From Intoshia linei (Eukaryota > Animalia > Orthonectida): a stretch of 40,646 nt of DNA. Position 1 is the stretch's first letter. Each line of letters opens with the position of its first letter. A model generated the notes under the pieces. The model was given only the letters and a program-made list of their open reading frames with translations, was not told where the DNA came from and searched no databases. Of this stretch, positions 36,201 through 40,646 are shown piece by piece. The DNA lies in contig LWCA01000199.1 in the NCBI GenBank assembly GCA_001642005.1, positions 1-40,646 on the forward strand, read 5' to 3'. The translations under genes were made by a program, and so were the position numbers.

Positions 36201-38873
36201 GATAACCAGGCGTCAATCTATGGGTTGATCTGATTTTTTATTTTTTATAGGAATTTTATATGATGAAATCATCCTTGCGCACGTAGTAATGCGATGACGT
36301 CTATTCGTCGTATTGTGAAGATAACCAAGCGTCAATCTAAGGATTGATCTGATTTTTAAATTAAGTAGTTGTGGGACCGAGACATGGAAATAATTAACTT
36401 CTATATTATTTATTATTGGACTATATTTAAAAATTTAAATTTACAAATGATATATTTTATTGTGATTGATAGACAATTAAAATTAAATAATTATATTTGG
36501 GAATTAATCTTATCTAGATTCATCTTCCTTGATGGTCAGGGACGTGGAGAGCCAGATGAAAATTTTAGGATCGATATACATTTTTTTTAAAAAATGCGTC
36601 CTCTATACATTGCTTAATGATTAAATTTATTTACAAAAAAAAAAAAATTTAATATAAAAAATATTTATATAAATTTTTATTCGTTCTCATAGATAAGTAG
36701 ATTTGGCTTTACATTTAACACCAAATAAACTAAAATGGATTGTACGTATTTTTTTTGGTCACTTCACTGAATCGATTGTTCATTATAATGATAATTATCT
36801 AAAAATTAAAAAAACCTGTAGCAATCGAATTGAACATTTTATTATACGATTATTTTGGTATACTTAAAAAAATTTCCCACATTACCTATTAATAAATTTA
36901 AAAAGTAGGTCCGTTATGATTGTAGGCCCTGCTGGTGGTGAACGATCCCGACGTTTCTCAATTTAAGGTGAATAAACCTTTTTTAATGAGTTAATTACTC
37001 ATGTAGTTATCATTTATAAGAAATAAAACGGAATTAGGTTATTTTAAAAATTCCCTGTTCGTCTAGTATTAGTTATTTTAAAAAGGGTTTATGACAATTG
37101 AAAAATTGGTAATCATTATTACACACCTAAGCTCACTCGCTGCAAAAATATATTAGTTAATAAGCAAATTTCGCCACGATATAAAAAATATATATGCCAT
37201 CGATGACATGGATTATTTTAAGCTTTATATTTTTAAAAGTTGTTATTAATACAAATTTTAATTTTAGTCTCATAACAATAATGAAAACTTTGACCTTTTT
37301 TCATTGGACAACATTGATATGGCATTTGAAAATTTTCATCTGCTAAAATATTCACAAACGCATACATTTATAGGTAATATATTTTAAACTTTGCAAACAT
37401 TTATAATGTTTAGGTAAGGGAGTTGGAATACAAATTACGCCATTTCCATCTGGTCATTCCATTGGTGGTGCAGTTTGGCGTATAATGAAGGACAATGAAG
37501 AACAAATTATTTATGCCGTTGATTTTAACAATAAAAAGGAGAGGTAGTAACTGATTATGGTTTGTATTAACTATTTTTAGACATCTTAATCCCTGCAATC
37601 TTTTAGTATCAGATGTTGTACGTCCCTATATGATGATTACCGATGCACATAAAGCAGATATCCCTCAAACTCGTCGAAGAACTAGAGACGAACAATTATT
37701 GTGTAAGTTTATGGTATTTAGTACATTTTGTGTATTTTGTTAACTATAATATTGCAATAATTAATGAACCATTTTAAGCCCATGTCATAAAAACCATTCG
37801 GAACAATGGAAATGCTTTAATTTGTATAGACTCAGCCGGAAGATTACTAGAATTAGCTCATTTATTTGTTTATATTTATTTGGTCTACTTAATGTTGATT
37901 TAGGATCAAATGTGGAGTGTTATTACGGCCGGTGTCATGACCTATTCATTAGTCATTTTAAACAACGTTGCTTATAATGTCATAGAATTTGCCAAGTCTC
38001 AGGTACTTATTAACGCTTACAATCGAACCTTGATTTCTGTAGGTTGAATGGATGAGCAATAAAATTGTCCAACAATTTGAAGATCATAGAAATAACCCAT
38101 ACCAATTAAAAAATGTTCATCTTGTACATAACGTTGATGATTTAGATAGTATACATGGATTTAAGGTTATTAATATTGCTTTAATTTTATTCATATTTAG
38201 GTTGTTCTTGCATCACAGCCTGATCTCCAATGTGGCTATTCTAGAGAATTGTTTATAAGGTGGGCTGGTGAAGAAAAAAATACCGTTATTTTTACATCAA
38301 TGACCTCCCCTGATACCTTAGCTAGAAAAATTATGGATAACCCAAATCAAAAATTTTACAATTTGAATGTATGTTGATTTTTTTATTATATTTTAGTTTT
38401 TATAGGTTATAAAAAAAGTTGAATTGTGTAAAACTGATAAAGATTATATTCTTCATACAGTACAAAAACCAGTGAAACCGACACCAATTCCGTATTGTTT
38501 TATATTACACGCAATATTTCCCAACACAAACTCCCAATAAAATGAAGGATGTCAATGACGTCCATCAAAATATATACTGAATAATTGTAGTGGTGATTAG
38601 GGCAAATTTTTTAACTATTTAAATGGCATTTTAAATAAAATAGTAACTTTTGCTTGCCCTAATAGTGAATTTAATTTGTGTTAAATCACAATTATTAATT
38701 TTAAATAATATTGTTTTGTGGAAGTTATAGAATTTTTAATTTATAGTATTGAAACCGTTGAAAAAAAATTCGAAGTAAAAGAAGAACCTGTAAAAATTGA
38801 GACTGAAGAAAGTGATGATGAGTCTACTATGCCTGATGATTCAGAAATTGATTTAATGGCAAACAACGATAGT
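33227..38873 (+). CDS. CPSF2: Cleavage and polyadenylation specificity factor subunit 2 (CPSF100), 5' partial, 11 exons seen
   Basis: Exons 33227-33375, 35289-35448, 37268-37373, 37414-37543, 37581-37702, ~37779-37867, ~37904-38002, 38043-38165, 38201-38368, ~38406-38491, 38748-38873. Motifs MASILKI...[52 protein letters not shown]. Continues beyond the window. Confidence 0.96.
33845..35214 (-). mobile_element. Decayed near-full-length Tc1-like transposon, DD37E (TRT-type), in CPSF2 intron 1
   Basis: Minus-strand relic: HTH region ([10 protein letters not shown]), [52 protein letters not shown]. There are 37 residues between D and E after correcting one frameshift. TA-flanked imperfect TIRs (21/29 including TA) end in TTATGCAAAT. 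Confidence 0.9.
35571..36357 (+). repeat. Homogeneous 119-120-bp tandem array (~6.5 units) in CPSF2 intron 2
   Basis: GTATTGTGAAGA recurs at 35593, 35712, 35831, 35951, 36071, 36191 and 36310, with few substitutions between units. Confidence 0.97.
35662..35754 (+). ncRNA. Candidate box C/D-like small RNA with U6-antisense element (one of six tandem units)
   Basis: ATGATGA (C) ... GTGAAGA (C'-like) ... CTGA (D), 93 nt, intronic and sense to the host gene. TCATCCTTGCGCA is complementary to U6 UGCGCAAGGAUGA. No terminal stem and no canonical D' box. Confidence 0.3.
36537..36930. mobile_element. hAT-type MITE (CAGGGCCGTGGAGA family) with nested fragment
   Basis: Starts CAGGGACGTGGAGAG, ends GGCCCTG, collinear with 12661-12932. 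The insert at ~36693-36768 is the reverse complement of ~33578-33651. Confidence 0.7.
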
Positions 38874-39418
38874 GTAAGATTATCATATAAATTTAAGTCA
38901 TGAACGGTTTCAGGGTACACAACCTTTCCACCAATTCAGTTGCAAAGCTACTTTACACATTGATACTACGACCGCACAAAATTTACTTTGACATTGAAAA
39001 AGTTTAAATCCGTTTTGAGAAAATGGGCAATGTCAAAAATATAACTTTGATAAAAATATTTTTAATTTCCATTGAATAAAATCTAATTTAAACTTTTCAA
39101 TTTGAAGTAAAATTGTATATTGCATTATTTGCTATTGTTTATTTATTATTTATCAATTGCTAGGTTGGATTCTTGTAACGATCTAAATTCCAACGAATCA
39201 GTTGAGGCAATCAGATATCCAGTGTTTCTAGTATTTAATATATTGACTAAAACTCTATCCCCCGTTGTGATGAGGTAAAGAATAAAATATTTTTCAGTAT
39301 TAATAAAACTGAGGTAAAGACCGTAGGTTACATTTGTTACAATGCATTTGCTGATCTTACATTCCACCTCTAGCTCCGTCAGATTATAATCTAAAAAATT
39401 ATAATTATTATTTTAATT

Positions 39419-40646
39419 CACTGGCCAACAAAAAAAAATTTGTCATGCTGCCTAAGATGTTTTAACTGTTTTTACCTAATTTGAAGACGCTGATTTCAGA
39501 AGTGTTGTTAACTTTTATCTATCAGGTTTAGTTTTTCCGCTATTGTATCCCACTGTCTGTAGGAAACCGATAACTACAATAAAGATAGGAAAATCGAAGA
39601 AACAGTATTTTTATTTAACGATAAGCCACATAATCATAGAAACACATCAAAATATTTACAATTTAAGTTTGAAGTTGTAATACTAAGCGCCAACATCATC
39701 AGCCATAAAATGGCGTTTTACGGATTTTCTAGAATGGAAGGCTCTGGCATCATCGCACTTGATAATCCATCAGTAGTTTGCAAGCATGGTGCCATCACAA
39801 CGACCTTGATAGCGAACTTCCATGTTCTTGATGAAAGCGCTTCCCTTGCTCATCGCTCATATCACCTAGATTTTATGGAAAACGGTCAAGATGGTTGTGC
39901 AAAAAATGTAACTTGATGCTGATGTTTGCACCCAGTTGATGGAGACTTATGAGTAATGTTTCAACAAGCTCTTTGTAGTTAGGTACCTTTGTTTTTCTTA
40001 AGATGAATTTTACTACATTAGTAAACGCCATCTAGGCACTCAATTCTGCAGGATTCATAAAATTACAAAAATTTGAGTCATTCATTAACTTTCGAATCTG
40101 AGGTCCATCAAAAATTCCTGTTTTTAATTTATTTATAGTTAGGCTTGGAAATTTCATGCAAATATTTGAAATAGTCGCCATCTTTCTCAAGAGCCTTCAC
40201 AAACTGTTTCATGATGCCAAGCTTTATGTGAAGAGAAAGAGCCAGGAGTTAACATACTGCGCACAGACCAATATTTTTGTATCCAGTACCAAGCTGCCGC
40301 AGCAGGCCGGCAATGTCGTTGCAATATATTATGTTGTTTTCTTGAGTGAAATATGGCGCTTTCTATAGAAGGTTATGATAGTTCCAGGCTGAAATAGATT
40401 CTTTTCTTTGAGTCTTGAAGCCAGAAGTTCAGAAAAAGGCCAACCAAACCAAAAATCCTGAAAGAAGATATTACATTCTTAGAATTCCAAAAAAATTCTA
40501 TTGGTAGCATGGCAGGTCCTTCAACAATTTCTCATCCATATGTCGCTGTAAAAAGAAAATTTTAATCACAGGCTCAAAATAAATTAAAATCGAAAAAAAT
40601 GGAAATTACACAAAAGCTGATTTTATATATTCATTTAGTGACGAAA
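39419..40646 (-). mobile_element. Decayed Chapaev3-like (CMC) DNA transposon in a CPSF2 intron
   Basis: Terminus CACTGGCCAACAAAAA. Minus-strand relic SELLASRLKEKNL...LHIKLGIMKQFVKAL...GIFDGPQIRKL...KLHFLHNHLDRFP*NLGDMSDEQGKRFHQ...RYQGR with stops, frameshifts and internal deletions. Family assignment is from recalled motifs. Confidence 0.8.

Noticed and set aside
35734-36216. 160-aa repetitive minus-strand ORF ([16 protein letters not shown]...)
   Set aside because: By-product of a 120-bp (40-codon) tandem unit; the frame breaks at 119-bp units and there is no protein-like signal.
35593-36357. CRISPR-like regular array
   Set aside because: Whole units repeat with no unique spacers, there are no cas genes, and the context is a eukaryotic intron.
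39710-40368. Plus-strand ORFs 39710-39916 and 40156-40368 (and 34680-34895)
   Set aside because: Antisense to decayed transposase sequence; not CPSF2 exons.

Overview
AT-rich, intron-dense eukaryotic DNA, most likely from a ciliated invertebrate with a compacted genome (the species cannot be determined from this window). It holds six protein-coding genes. (1) A ~58-exon axonemal inner-arm (DNAH3/7/12-type) dynein heavy chain on + (<290..27668). (2) An intronless p24/TMED gene (-). (3) FCF1/UTP24 (-). (4) GLRX5 (+). (5) A probable TEDC1-like gene (-). (6) The 5' part of CPSF2 (+). CDS-to-CDS gaps are only 3-195 nt. Introns are either tiny (~35-70 nt) or packed with DNA-transposon debris: hAT MITEs with TSDs, a 9-bp-TSD hAT remnant, a DD37E Tc1 relic, a Chapaev3-type relic, Helitron-like copies, fold-backs and minisatellites. 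Three observations stand out. First, the dynein has an open reading frame and a well-conserved stalk/microtubule-binding domain, but five catalytic elements of its main AAA1 ATPase site are substituted (candidate 'pseudo-motor'). Second, a 120-bp tandem array in CPSF2 intron 2 has units with C/D-box-like motifs, plus-strand-biased hairpins and a 13-nt complement to U6 snRNA. Third, FCF1 and TMED are spaced like an operon, and convergent gene pairs must have overlapping 3' ends. All homology calls come from manual translation and recalled motif consensus, not database searches; exon coordinates are hand-derived and may be off by a few nt.
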